64,000 nucleotides of DNA from Nageia nagi (Eukaryota; Plantae; Pinophyta). The DNA lies in the NCBI GenBank assembly GCA_050084985.1, contig JBITNC010000001.1:5394001-5458000 (forward strand), read 5' to 3'. Each line of letters opens with the position of its first letter. Position 1 is the first letter of the stretch. This document shows positions 12,601 through 23,792 of this stretch, in pieces. The position numbers and the translations under genes were made by a program. The notes below the pieces were generated by a model that saw only the letters and a list, made by a program, of their open reading frames with translations, ran no database searches and was not told where the DNA came from.

Positions 12601-15600
12601 CGGTTCATTTTTGGTTTTCTCTACTCTACTCTTTTCTAACTCTTACTTTTTGTGAACTTTCTTCTTCCCTTCTCTATTTCTAAGGAGTTGGCCTTCTCTA
12701 GAGTTTGAGTTTAAACTAACTTTTATTCTTTCGATAAATATTTTAATCAAGGACACTTGAATATTTTCAAATAATTGTTTTAGGCTAATCAACAATGTAT
12801 TTTTCTTAGCATGCCTAATGGGACATAATCAACTTGAACTTAATGTTATAAGATTTGACACATGGTGACTCTATCGTAGGATTTGAATCTTGAACCTTTT
12901 GTTTATAAGATCTCTAGCTAAAAATCTTGAAGAACTACCCTATTTTTTTCATTACCAGATTCGTCTTCTAGAGGTTGAAGGAAGACCATGTCTCTTTCAC
13001 CCATCAGAAACATGACTTCTCTTTAAGCTAGAATTTCAGATTTACAATTCGAACAAATCATGGTAGCACAAAACATTTTTCTTGGATGTAATAGCACCAA
13101 ATCTCTTAACATTGCAAACCTACATAAGATTTCATTTGTGTCTCTAAAAGTTTTGCGTAAATACAATGGAAGCATAAAGATAACTTTAGAGCATTGTCAA
13201 GATGTAGTTGTTATAGGCACCATTCACAATATCATGCATGAACACTTGATGGTTAGAGTACTTGCCCTTTCTTTTATAGGCGAAGTATTGGCTAGATACC
13301 ACTTGTTGGTAGATAATATTATCAACACTAAGCCATTTATTCGAGAATTCAATGAAATTGGTGATTCATTTTCTTTGCTAACCTAGTTGACCTCCATATA
13401 AAGCCATTTGTAAGAAAATATCACCAATATCTATATTTGGTTCAGTAAGACATGAAAGCGAACCCCACAACAGGTAAATTTGTCATCAACTCAAGCCTCC
13501 TTTTATTATCTTAAAGCTTTTGTTCCAAATTTAGGCTTGCAAATTTGACAAGTAAATGAGATGTGTTTCCCACAAGTGTATCAATTGTCTGTTGTAGTAG
13601 AAAATGCCTTGATCTTTGTCGGAAAATCACCCCCAAGATCATAGCACCTTTTTTTTCGGAAATCTCACAACCCACCCTACAACTTCTGTTCTTAATCTCA
13701 TAAGCTTTTCCATTAGTAAAGAATATATCTAATAAAGTCATTGCAATTGAAAGATATAATTTCAAAAGGAGATTTGAAGAGTACCCACAAAGGAGAATAC
13801 CATATGTCACTAGGGAATAAGGAGTTCCAACAAACAATTCTAGGGGAAAGACGAACTCCAAGGTCAACAAATTTGGAATGGAAGATGACCATGCTTTGGA
13901 ATATCATTGGTGTTTAGTTTTGCACATATTCTGGATACTTGTCCAACTTACCAACACTAGTGACAAATTGCTATGGTTGAGAAATTGGTGAAGGATACCC
14001 AGGAAACAAACTTGGTAGCAATAGACCCAAGTTGTGAATTTTGGGTCAAAGAAATGGTTAGATCTAATTAGTTGAAGACTTGTGGAATGTTGAGAAGTGC
14101 ATGAGTCAGAAGCCTTTGACAGAAAAAATTCTTGGGCGAAGTGAAGCATGGAAAGAAGACCACAAGGAAGTTCAATCAATGAGTTCCTTGGAGAAATCAT
14201 AAGGTTGTGTGAGGAAATGCCATACTTGGAGCCTTGGGTTGAAATTCATAGAAATTTACCATTTCTTTTTCTAGAAAAGCAACTTAAGATAGGGAATTTG
14301 AGAGATCAATCAAAGAATGAGGAATCTGTGTTAGAGAAAGAGCATATGGATTCATTGCTTCCTAGAAGCTCTAACGCTTTTCAGGCCAAAAGACAAGAAA
14401 AGTAATCCATTTATTTACAAGATTGAAAGAAGAGAGCTTTTAGCTTGGTTTGGGAAAATGAACAGTTCCTAAAAAAATGTTGGACATCAACAATGAGGGA
14501 TAGAAGGGTAAGAAGATTCATTGATATCTAGAAGAACCCCTTTGTTCAACAAATAAATGTTCAGGTCGCATACAAAGAGAAGAACAATGGAAGACCTTTT
14601 TCTAAAAACGTCATTTAACGTTTTACCTAGTTACGCAATGATCAACAGGTGTAGCAGTAAATGGAAAACTATCTAGAGAATCTAGCAAACATTTTGGAGC
14701 TGAGCTTCGTCTCAGAGCATCCACATACAAAGTTAGGTAAGATTCCTTGCTGGAAGGATTTGTAGTGCATAATTGCATGCTAGATACTAGAGCTACAACT
14801 ACCATCATGCCTAAAGCGGTGTGCGACACAATAAAGATGGATTGTACTTGCCTAGTTTCGTGACATTGCAGTTGGATGGGTCTCAAGTTTGAACCTTTTG
14901 TGCAATAAAGCATATCCTCATGACATTGCACCAAGCCTGAGACCTTTCCTTTCCTCAAGAAGAAATAGTGGTGGACATGCCTCCCATTTTTGGAATGTGT
15001 TTGGCTAGAGACTTTACAACTAAGCTAGGAGGTTATCTCTCTCTTGATTGTTCTTACATAATATTACTTAATAAGGGAAAGGAATGTAAAGTCTATATAG
15101 AAAAATCAAACCCATATCATGTTCTCAAGTGGCATAGGTACAAAGATGATGACCAATGTGGGGAAGAGCTATTAGCCATCCCTTATCCTTTTGTTCTAGC
15201 TCTCGTATCATCCTTCAATCATATATTCAGCTATAGCATCAACTATCATCCTCGCAATACGAACATCGACAATAATTGAATAGTATAAAGGGGTAAGTGT
15301 GTAGTTTTAAGAAGTGAAAGCGTAGAATCCTCATCTAGAACAAGCAAGGCTCATTTTTCGAGTGATGCCAATAACCAACTCATTCCCCTAGAAAGCACAT
15401 TTGGCATTAACTTAGAGTTTTGATTCGAAGATACAACATGCCCACGAAGAAGGTTGACAAAGATCAGAAGTTGCCTTTTTGGGAAAGTCTGTGATTATTA
15501 TTATTATTATTTTGGAGCCAAATCACAATGAATTAGAGTGCAAGTTTCCAAATTCCAAAGCATGATTTCAGTTATTAATGTGCGAACGACCTTCGTAAGA

Positions 15601-18600
15601 TTTGTGAGAAGTCTGAAATGAAGTTCACATGAGCCAAATAACAAGTGTAATGCTTCAAAACTAATGGTGATATCACTACAAGATGTTGTGTAACTTAGGA
15701 ATTTAAAACTGTGTCAACTTGAAACATTGGCATAGGCACATGATGATGTGTGCGACCATAAAGCAATTGAAAGTACTAAGCCACCCATAATCAACTAAGG
15801 TGAGTTCAGATCATTGAACACTACATTCATTTTAAAGCCCAATTTCACATGAGTAAGTTGATTTGAAAGGAGGATTGCAAATCTCGATATGCTCAACATC
15901 ATGATTGAACAAATTCATGAGAAGTTGATGGCATTCAATTCATAGGTCATCCTCGAAGTCTATTAAAGGAGGTAGGCTATTCCCATATCATTTTCAATAT
16001 TTTTGGTGAAATTTTTGCTTGTTCAAATTTGCTAGAAGTTAAAGTTCGAGTAAGAAAGATATATGGTTGGTCCTCCTGCAATGAAAAGTTCAAAGGAGAA
16101 AAGTATCCCAATCAGTTTCATGTGTAGTAATCATGTGTATCTTAGGGGTACATAAAGTTGAAGAACATGCATTCATTGTTGCTCTCCTGCATAAGTCTAA
16201 ACAATTGAGTTGTGCTCCCTTTAAGGTTCATTTTCTATAGTCACATGGGTAAGCTTTGATGTTGCATTGAATTCCATTTGGGGTAGAAGCTCAATGAAAG
16301 ATATGGTCATGAAAGATATGAGCGTTGAAAAGGCTCTTCCATGTCTTGTGGCCATCAAACATGACTCCACAACCTAATGGATATGGTCATGCTATTAGTT
16401 GCAACCAATCCAATGTGTCATCATTAGCTAAGGATGAGGCAAAGCTTTGGCTTCTAAATTTTGCTAGCAAAAACCCCTAGAGGTAATAGAGAATGTAGTT
16501 CAAAAGCTTGAGTCATTTTGAAGCTCATCAACTCTTCATGGGGCTTCCTTCCTTGGAATTCTTGACTCAGTAAGAAGCCCAAAATCTTATTCAAAAATTA
16601 GAGTTGAGAGGAAAAGCAAAGGAGATTCAAAGTCCAAAAGGTGACAAACTCAAGAAATCTCAAATCTTGAGGGCTTGTTTCCTTTACAATGCAACAAAGT
16701 AGGAGATTGAACGTTGAGATGTTTGGATTTTACAAAGCTTTTGAAAAATTCGTTCTATTCAGAATTTCAAAAAATTGCTAACGTTGATAACAATGAATGA
16801 AAAATTGGAAGGAAATTGTGGGTCTGAATCAAAGAGGTGCATGTTCAAAACTTCTACACTGTTTGCATCATCATTTTACACTTGAAGTTCCGAAAAAGGG
16901 ATTAAGTGCTAGAAAGCATTTGAAAATTGGGGCTTGGGAGTGGTTAACATTAGGAAAGCTTTACCAAAGTTCCAACTTTTTGAAGGATAGAGAATATTCA
17001 CAACTCTCAAGCTTGGAGCTTACTAATAAACTCATCTTGTCTTTCAAGGAGTTACCATTGGGATATAATGCTTGAATCTTTGCATACAAGGCTTTGAATT
17101 GGAGTTTCATATGGAGTTTCATTTTTCCCTCTTGCACGGTAAAGATAAGCTCAACGTATAGATATGTTTGCATATTTCGAAATTTTGGAAAATGTCCAAA
17201 CATGTTAGTTTAACTCATCAATGGTGTTGGAAGGCAAAAGGATGTCATGCCTTTGAAATGGAAGCGAGCAACGAAGAGGCGGGAAATGGAATGGAGGGAG
17301 CTCATGAGGAGGAAGTTGGTGTAGTTGGCAATGGAGGGGGAGCACAGGTGGGTCAGATGTCGGGGAAGGAGAATGAGTCAAACAAGGATGATGGAGATTC
17401 GGTTGATGCGGATGCTCAAGGTGAGAACAAGAAAAAAGAAAGTGAGAGTCCACTACCGAAGCCTCTTGATGCAAGGGTGGGGGGGGCATCGATTGTAGCT
17501 TCCAAGAGACGAACATGGGCCTAGGTTGTCCAAGGTACACATATCAAACCACTAGAAACAAATTTTAATCTTATAGTGGAGAACATAAATATGGTTATCC
17601 CTTCGAAGCACACAACTATGACCCTGGCTGAAGGGGCTTTCAACTTAGTGGGGAAGTTTCTTGGCCCTAGATCAAACATTGAGTCTATTAGGGAATGGGC
17701 TTTCCAGTGGCGGAAGACAAAAGGTAGGGTGGATATTGTAGCCATGCCTAATGGCTTTTTTATGTTTAAGATTATTTCAAAGATGACATGCAAAAGATTT
17801 TGGTAGGAGGCCCTTGGATGTTTGGTAGGAAGGCTCTATTCCTACGTAAGTGAGATACAAACTTTGATCCCAAAAAGAAAAACACTGCCAAGGTTCTGGT
17901 GTGGGTAAGGCTTCCTTGCCTTCCATTCCAATTTCGGCATGATGAAGTTTTGATGGGTATTGCCAAAGATAAAGGGGACATTGTTACGATTGACAGAGCA
18001 ATCTGGGCCAAGTCTCAAATGGTTTTTGCTAGATTTTGTGTATATGTGGATGTGAAATAGACTTACCTTAGACAATTGATTTAATCTCATACATTGGCAA
18101 ATGGACACAACATATTGAGTATAAAAATCTACCCAAGGAATGTGAGCATTGCAAGGAGAAAGGACATATCTCAGGTTGGTGCCTGAATAATAAGAGCTCT
18201 CAACCTCCAAAACAAGTGTGGCCAAAGAAGCAACTCAGGGGGTACTTAACCAAGCTTCAAATGCAGCTATGAATGTGCAAGAGCAAAGCCATGCTGGTCC
18301 AAGCAAAGTGCAAGATTAACAAAAAGATTTTACTTCAAGGAATCCATTTGATATCTTCCACGAAGGAAAAGAACCACTGACCCAAGAAATGCTTTTAGCA
18401 ATAATGGAAGCAAGTGATGGGCCGAAGCCTGCAAATCCTGAAGGCAATAATCTGGAGGAGCAGAATGCCTTGAGAATGGAAGACCCTCCTTTGATGGAAG
18501 AAATAATATCCCAAACGCAAGAGGATCAATAGGTGTAAAGGCCAAAAGATTATTTGGAAAGGGTCCCTAAGATTCAGTACACCAAGAGGGAGTCCCAAAC

Positions 18601-21600
18601 GGAAGAGATGTCTGAACCTCAAGAAATGTCAGAAGTTAGGTTTACGGCTTCATAGCCCTCTTTGCCAATGGATCATCAACCTCTAGAGCACCATCTTTCA
18701 TCACAGGAAGATCAAGATCCAGCTCTAGAGACCCAACCATTCAGTAACCAAGGAACGACTTTGTAGGTCATCCCTATCCTCACACCTACCTTTGCAGAAG
18801 AAGACGAGTGCCCAACAACTCTTAGTCGAATCACTCAAAAGTATAAGTTGGCAGCAAATGTTGGAAATCAGGCAATGAGTAGACCCACCAATGACGAGAT
18901 TAGGAAGAGTGAGACTAAGGCAACTATAGCAAAAGGATTGCAAACCATCTTGACAGTAGATAGAGGTAAGAAATGAAGATACTTTCCTAGAATGTTAGGG
19001 GCATCAATAGCCCTACAAAGAGAAGAGGATTGCTTGCTTTGAAGCGACAGGTGAGACCTGAGGTTAATTGTACTTTAAGAAACAAAAGTTATTTACAATA
19101 ATACTGAGTTTATCAAGAACATTATTTGGAGGCATGCTGAGTTTTTTGCTAGTCCTTTTTTGGGGAGATCAGGTGGCCTTATGTGTCTCTAGGACCCAAC
19201 CAACGTATAAGGTAGATTGATTGTGTCAAAAGGTAGATTTTGTTGTGGACTTTTCTTAGTTGTTAATGGAAACCTGCATTGAATAGTTACAAATGTTCAC
19301 GGCCAAAATACATTAGCTGGTAGGAAGGCCCTTTGAAATAACCTTAATCAGATGAAATCAACTTTTGTAGGAATCCCTTGGGTTATAGCAGGTGATTTTA
19401 ACATGCCCTTATATCCCTTAGACAAAAAAGGAGGAATCGAAACTTTCTCCGAACGTATAAGAGACGTTGAAACTTTCCTAAACCTTAATGGGCTAATAGA
19501 TTGAATGTCATTTAAAGCATGCATGATAAATATTAAATATTCATTGTTCAAACTTCAAGTTCAATATTAAAATAATAATATCAAGTTCAACAATTAGTTT
19601 AATGATTAATCATCAAATGGAAATTCTAAATCAGCAATGTCATCATCATCATTGACATTAGATTATGTAAGAATATTAGATGAACCACAAGCAATGCCAC
19701 TGTCACTTGCACTAATAGTGTGTTCAACTTCATTTTGGCTATCAAAGTCATCAAATGCAATACGGTGGGAACTGGATGCATCCAAGTCAGTATGATTCGG
19801 CTCTATATCCCACAACTTCATCTCCCCTTGCATGTAGTCATTTTGTTTGTGTGAAAAGGTGTGCAAGTTGGAATACATATATATTAAGTTCTCTCCTTTT
19901 TTTGAGTGCAATTTATTGCGTTTTACCGAGTGGATGAAAGAATATGTGTCCAATTCCTCTCCCCAGCAGATGAACTAACAACCTATGAAGACATAATATT
20001 AAATAAACGAGAATGAAGTAGTTTAGGGGTTTCATGTGCTTTAGAGGTAACTTTTAGGGTTTTCAAGGAGAGGCTGGTCAAAGTCAAATAAAAAAAGGTG
20101 AAAAAATATTAAAAAAATCAAATTTTATGTCTCCAGCTGCTCTCCACCCATGGGTTCTCTCTGAGTGCGCTCGAGTATACCCAGTTCCTTCCCGGGTATG
20201 TCTGTGGCTAACCCGACTGGGGCTGGCCGGACCCTGTTGGAACCTGCAGGCGTACCGGACCAGCACCCATACCCGGTGCATACTGTATTGGTACCTGGGG
20301 CTCCGACAGGAGAACCCGGTAACATAGCTTTTTTTGCTGAAAAGAGTGTTTGCTAAACCACAACTCATCTACGGACAGTGGCCATGCTGAGCATCAACAC
20401 AAAAGAGCATTTGGTGAGCAACAACTCAGCTGCCTATCAGTGGGCATGTTGTTAGAATTTTCAAAAAATCCAATTCTTACTCTTCTCCTACTTTCCTTGA
20501 TCCTCACTTTCTTTGATTCTTTTGCAGCAAGATAGTTGTAAGGAAAGCAAGATAAAGAACCTCAAGATTCATGCAGTAATTAAGCTAAATTAAGGGGGAA
20601 GAGGTTTTGATAGAGAAGCAATCATCTGACAATCATTCAATATATCATGAAGGGACTATACCTCTGATTCAACCTTTTCTTAAAAACAATTATGTGCAGA
20701 TCTTACTAATAGAAAGTAGTTATAACTCAAATATGTTAACTTCTCTTTGAAATATCTTCGTACAGATGACATAAACTATCATTTACTCTGCCTGAGAGGA
20801 TATGCTTGTTATGAAAACAAATATATATCTTACACTCTGCTATCTTCTTTTTGTATCTGCAGGGTCAGTGATTGTGCTACTGAGAAGGTAGCAGGAGCCT
20901 TTGATTGTTCTTTGAAAGATCTGCAGCTCAACTATATTGATCTTTACCTTGTGCGTGCACTTTATCAGATTTGTTTCTATTGCGATTTATGTCATGGAAA
21001 TCTCAGTCAGTCCAGTATATGTGTCTATAACTAGTGGTAATTACATATGAAATGCTTCTGTGATGTGCAATATAGATGCATTGGCCAAACGCTAGTATTG
21101 CTACCGTATGGAAGGAGATGGAGAAGCTAGTAAATACTGGAAAAGTCCGTGCCATCGGCGTAAGCAATTTTTCTGTGAAGAAGTTGCAGGATTTGCTCAC
21201 ATATGCAAAAGTGACGCCAGCTGTAAACCAAGTTGAATGTCATCTAACGTGGCAGCAACACAACGTTCAAACTTTTTGCAAATCAAAGGGTATTCATGTC
21301 ACAGTAAGTTCTTTAACTTGCAAACTTAAGGGTTCATAATGGTATTGTTTCCCATTCATGGAATTTTTCTGTTTGCACTCTAGAATCTTTAGTTTGAAGT
21401 TCAGTTCTTGAGGCCTTTTTTGGAATTCTGTTTTATAGCGCTTTCATTTTTAAGTTCTCAATATTTTGTGATGATTACAGGCATACTCTCCGCTGGGATC
21501 TCCAGGTACTGGATGGCTTAAACATAAAATTAAAGTACTAGATCATCCTCTGGTGAAGCACGTGGCAGAGAAACTGGGCAAGACACCTGCACAGGTTGCA

Positions 21601-21905
21601 CTACGTTGGGGTATACAAAGTGGCTATAGTGTGCTACCAAAAAGCACCAGTGAAGCTAGAATTAAAGAAAACTTTGATGTATTTGGTTGGTCAATCCCTA
21701 AGGAATTGTTAGAACAGTTTTCTCAAATTGAACAGGTACGCAGTTAATCCAATCTCAGTTCACTAGTCATTTCTTCAATAGTTTCTATTTCCATATTGAG
21801 TCCTTGTTGTTTCCTCAGGCAAGGTTGCTTCGAGGAAATTTTCTCGTCAGCAGCACTCGTGGTCCATTCAAAAGTTTGGAGGATCTTTGGGATGGAGAAG
21901 TCTGA
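6647..21905 (+). CDS. Aldo-keto reductase, AKR4C-like (NADPH-dependent). Partial gene, join(6647-6697,7074-7150,20863-20950,21076-21303,21481-21735,21819-21905); exon 1 not in the window
   Basis: Six exons with GT-AG boundaries splice in frame to 261 aa ending LWDGEV*. Motifs GYRHID, TSKL, LYLMHWP, IGVSNF, NQVECH, AYSPLGS, VLPKS. Intron positions match those I recall for Arabidopsis AKR4C8-11. Confidence 0.93.
7074..7150 (+). CDS. AKR exon 3 ([25 protein letters not shown]; catalytic Lys)
   Basis: aacAG|GTT...CTTCA|GTatgc; 77 bp, ends phase 2. Confidence 0.93.
8287..11971 (-). mobile_element. Highly degenerate Ty1/copia element inserted in the Tat/Ogre 5' LTR
   Basis: Repeats 8300-8460 and 11823-11971 both end ATATTTCTAACA. 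PPT-like AGAAGGG precedes the left copy on the - strand. Flanks AATCT/AAGCT rejoin the host LTR. GAG-pre-integrase-like relic (FWNQGY...LKIIDGL) at ~10640-10780. Confidence 0.65.
9126..10455 (+). repeat. Isolated gypsy-type LTR followed by a degenerate tRNA-Arg-like PBS
   Basis: Starts TGTGACGTCCCC and ends GGGGACGACA; GC-richer 5' half; TATAAA at ~9655; followed by TGGAGACCTAGGGGAT. No TSD found. Confidence 0.5.
12807..12824 (+). other. Degenerate PBS (tRNA-Arg type)
   Basis: TAGCATGCCTAATGGGAC differs from TGGCACGCCCAGTGGGAC only by four transitions; starts 12 nt after the LTR end. Confidence 0.65.
13060..15100 (+). pseudogene. Tat/Ogre-type gag and aspartic protease relics
   Basis: gag-like KYNGS...[24 protein letters not shown] (13060-13386). 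Protease-like [17 protein letters not shown] (~14760-14815) and [22 protein letters not shown] (~14965-15030). Confidence 0.7.
17250..19503 (+). mobile_element. L1-clade LINE, 5' portion only (ORF1 and endonuclease), disrupted
   Basis: ORF1 with DUF4283-type NLVGKFLG...GGPWMFG...VWVRLPCLP...[11 protein letters not shown]2 starts at 18973 MKILS*NVRG and includes WVIAGDFN, then stops abruptly at ~19503. Confidence 0.85.
19510..20327 (-). mobile_element. Internally deleted hAT DNA transposon remnant (one TIR plus last transposase exon)
   Basis: 19982->19663 reads [11 protein letters not shown]/(S)[28 protein letters not shown] (hAT dimerisation domain, 1-nt frameshift) after an AG acceptor. GC-rich subterminal region ends in TIR-like GGTAACATAG at 20327. 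Confidence 0.8.
20863..20950 (+). CDS. AKR exon 4 ((Q)[29 protein letters not shown])
   Basis: ctgcAG|G GTC...CTT|GTgcgt; 88 bp, completes the phase-2 codon CA|G. Confidence 0.92.
21076..21303 (+). CDS. AKR exon 5 ([12 protein letters not shown]...GIHVT; catalytic His)
   Basis: tatAG|ATG...ACA|GTaagt; 228 bp. Confidence 0.93.
21481..21735 (+). CDS. AKR exon 6 (AYSPLGSPG...QIEQ)
   Basis: tacAG|GCA...CAG|GTacgc; 255 bp; NADPH-binding VLPKS...RIKEN. Confidence 0.94.
21819..21905 (+). CDS. AKR exon 7 ([28 protein letters not shown])
   Basis: ctcAG|GCA...TGA; typical AKR4C C-terminus LWDGE. Confidence 0.94.
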   Translation, partial: ARLLRGNFLVSSTRGPFKSLEDLWDGEV

Positions 21906-23792
21906 AATGGATTTTGTTCTTCAGGCTCGCAATCATGGAAGATAAAACCCTGATAATATGTTTGGGGATTTCCTGATATCTCTTTAAAGCAATTGGAATT
22001 AGACATGAACTAGATGGTTGAATCTTAGTTTCATAATTATAGTTTTTGCTACAACAAAAAGATTAAAGAAGGTGAGCCAAGAAATGGAGAAATTGATTGA
22101 TTTGGGCAAAACATCCGTGAACATAGTCTAAGTATGAATTATATCCAAAACAGGATAGGGTGAATTCTAAATAGTTTTTAGTGTCTCTTTCATTATGACG
22201 AAGTGTTGGAATAATAAAATGAACTCTTTTAAAGCAACCTCACACATGATTATTCGAAGCCCATGGAACTAAATCATTTCCTCATTGTATGATAATTTTT
22301 ATGCTTCTAATTGGAGGTTAGGAATATTAGGATGTCTTATCGGTATATTATCTTCATTTGAGAAATTTGAAATGAACTTTATTAAATGGATGATGTATGG
22401 TGTAAAAATTTCAGACAGAATACAATATAGAAGATAAATGTGTGATACGACGTAGAAGAGACATATACAGAGGTCATATTAATATGTGGCTACATGCATA
22501 TTCTCTTAGCTCATGCATTGTTTCCCCTTATTTTCAAATGTGGAAGATGGTTAAGTACACATTGTCAGGTAAATTTCTTATTTTGTCATGAAGAGAAGTT
22601 TCCTATGCAATGATCCATTAAGTCAAAGCAGTTTATGGACCACAACATTAAATATTCATATAATAGTAAGGTGCTAAAAATTATGTAACATAGAATCTTT
22701 GAGAAGGATAAGATTTCTCTATATTCAAGGAAATTGCAATTGATTAATAAGTAATTTCAGTGTTGATTTCTTGATTTATGGGATATGCAGTGTTTTGAAG
22801 ATTTCTATAGACCAATTTGTTTATCTATTCTTGAGAGACTTTGATTTACAAATAGGTGAAATTCTTTGAAAGTGAATTTGAATGGCTATATTTATTATTT
22901 CAATTTTTTTTATAACTTTGTTTTATATTTATTACTTTTGTATATATCTTCATACAATGATTAGTTTGCTTCTTCACTCTTAGTGATTGATTTGAATAAA
23001 CTCCAACTTCCTAAAGTGGATGCTTCTTATGACAATATTAAAGAAAATGAAAATGTTTTGTTTTTCTCAAAGAATTTATTCTTGGTATACTGAAATTGAG
23101 AAATTATTAAAGTAATGTAAATATTGTCAAGATCAACTATTCTAACATATTTAAGAATTCAAATTATTAATACCTATTATTGAATTTGGATTCAATTTTA
23201 TGCCTAATTAGATTTTTCAAACAAGATCTCCTCCTTCTTGGACCTTTAATACAATCAAATCCCATTTACAAATTTGATGATCGCATGGACTCTAGTAATT
23301 GCAAATCACTTATGGTTGTGTTGTGACAAAGATTAATACCCCTTTGAATGATGGCATTTAAGCTAGTTTCACTAAGCATTAATTTTCCCCAATGTCAGCA
23401 GATAACTGAGATTATCTGTCATTAATATCCGTTTTAGGTAGTTTAAATCACTTTATAGTAACACTAGATCTATTGACATAATAAATGGCTTGAGATTGTA
23501 ACCTATTTTTTATCTCTTCAATAATTGTGTGTAAAGCTTTGAAATCACCATTTTTTCTTAATTTGAAAAGAGAATTGTAATTGTCTAAGAGGAAATGACT
23601 TGAATACCACCTAACAAACCCATACCAAAATGCAAATCAATGTCTTGTACATTAAGCTAAAGAGTCGCAAATACATGGAAAAGATACGAAAGAATGAGAG
23701 AATTAAATCCATTTTCAATCACTTAACAACCAAATAATGTGAAGTTAAACATTGAACAATGTAAAAAGAAACATTCACTTATTATTTGATAC

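Larger units (their letters stand above)
7550..17249 (+). mobile_element. Tat/Ogre-like Ty3/gypsy element with gag-protease relic but no RT/INT, interrupted by later insertions
   Basis: 5' LTR pieces 7550-8286 and 11972-12794 align to the 3' LTR (16495-17249). 5' LTR ends ...TAATCAACA (12794); 3' LTR starts TGTGATTA at 15490 after GGGAAAG. tRNA-Arg-type PBS; gag and protease relics between the LTRs. Confidence 0.75.

Noticed and set aside
13500-14120. - strand ORFs within the Tat/Ogre interior
   Set aside because: Possibly an inserted decayed fragment, but no domain could be recognised.
17168-17524. Glu/Gly-rich 118-aa ORF as a host gene
   Set aside because: It is LTR sequence fused to the low-complexity N-terminus of LINE ORF1.
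20084-20368. Four overlapping ORFs
   Set aside because: An artefact of the GC-rich hAT subterminal region.
21906-23790. Possible additional gene or TE downstream of AKR
   Set aside because: No ORFs, termini or motifs I can support; treated as 3' UTR/intergenic.
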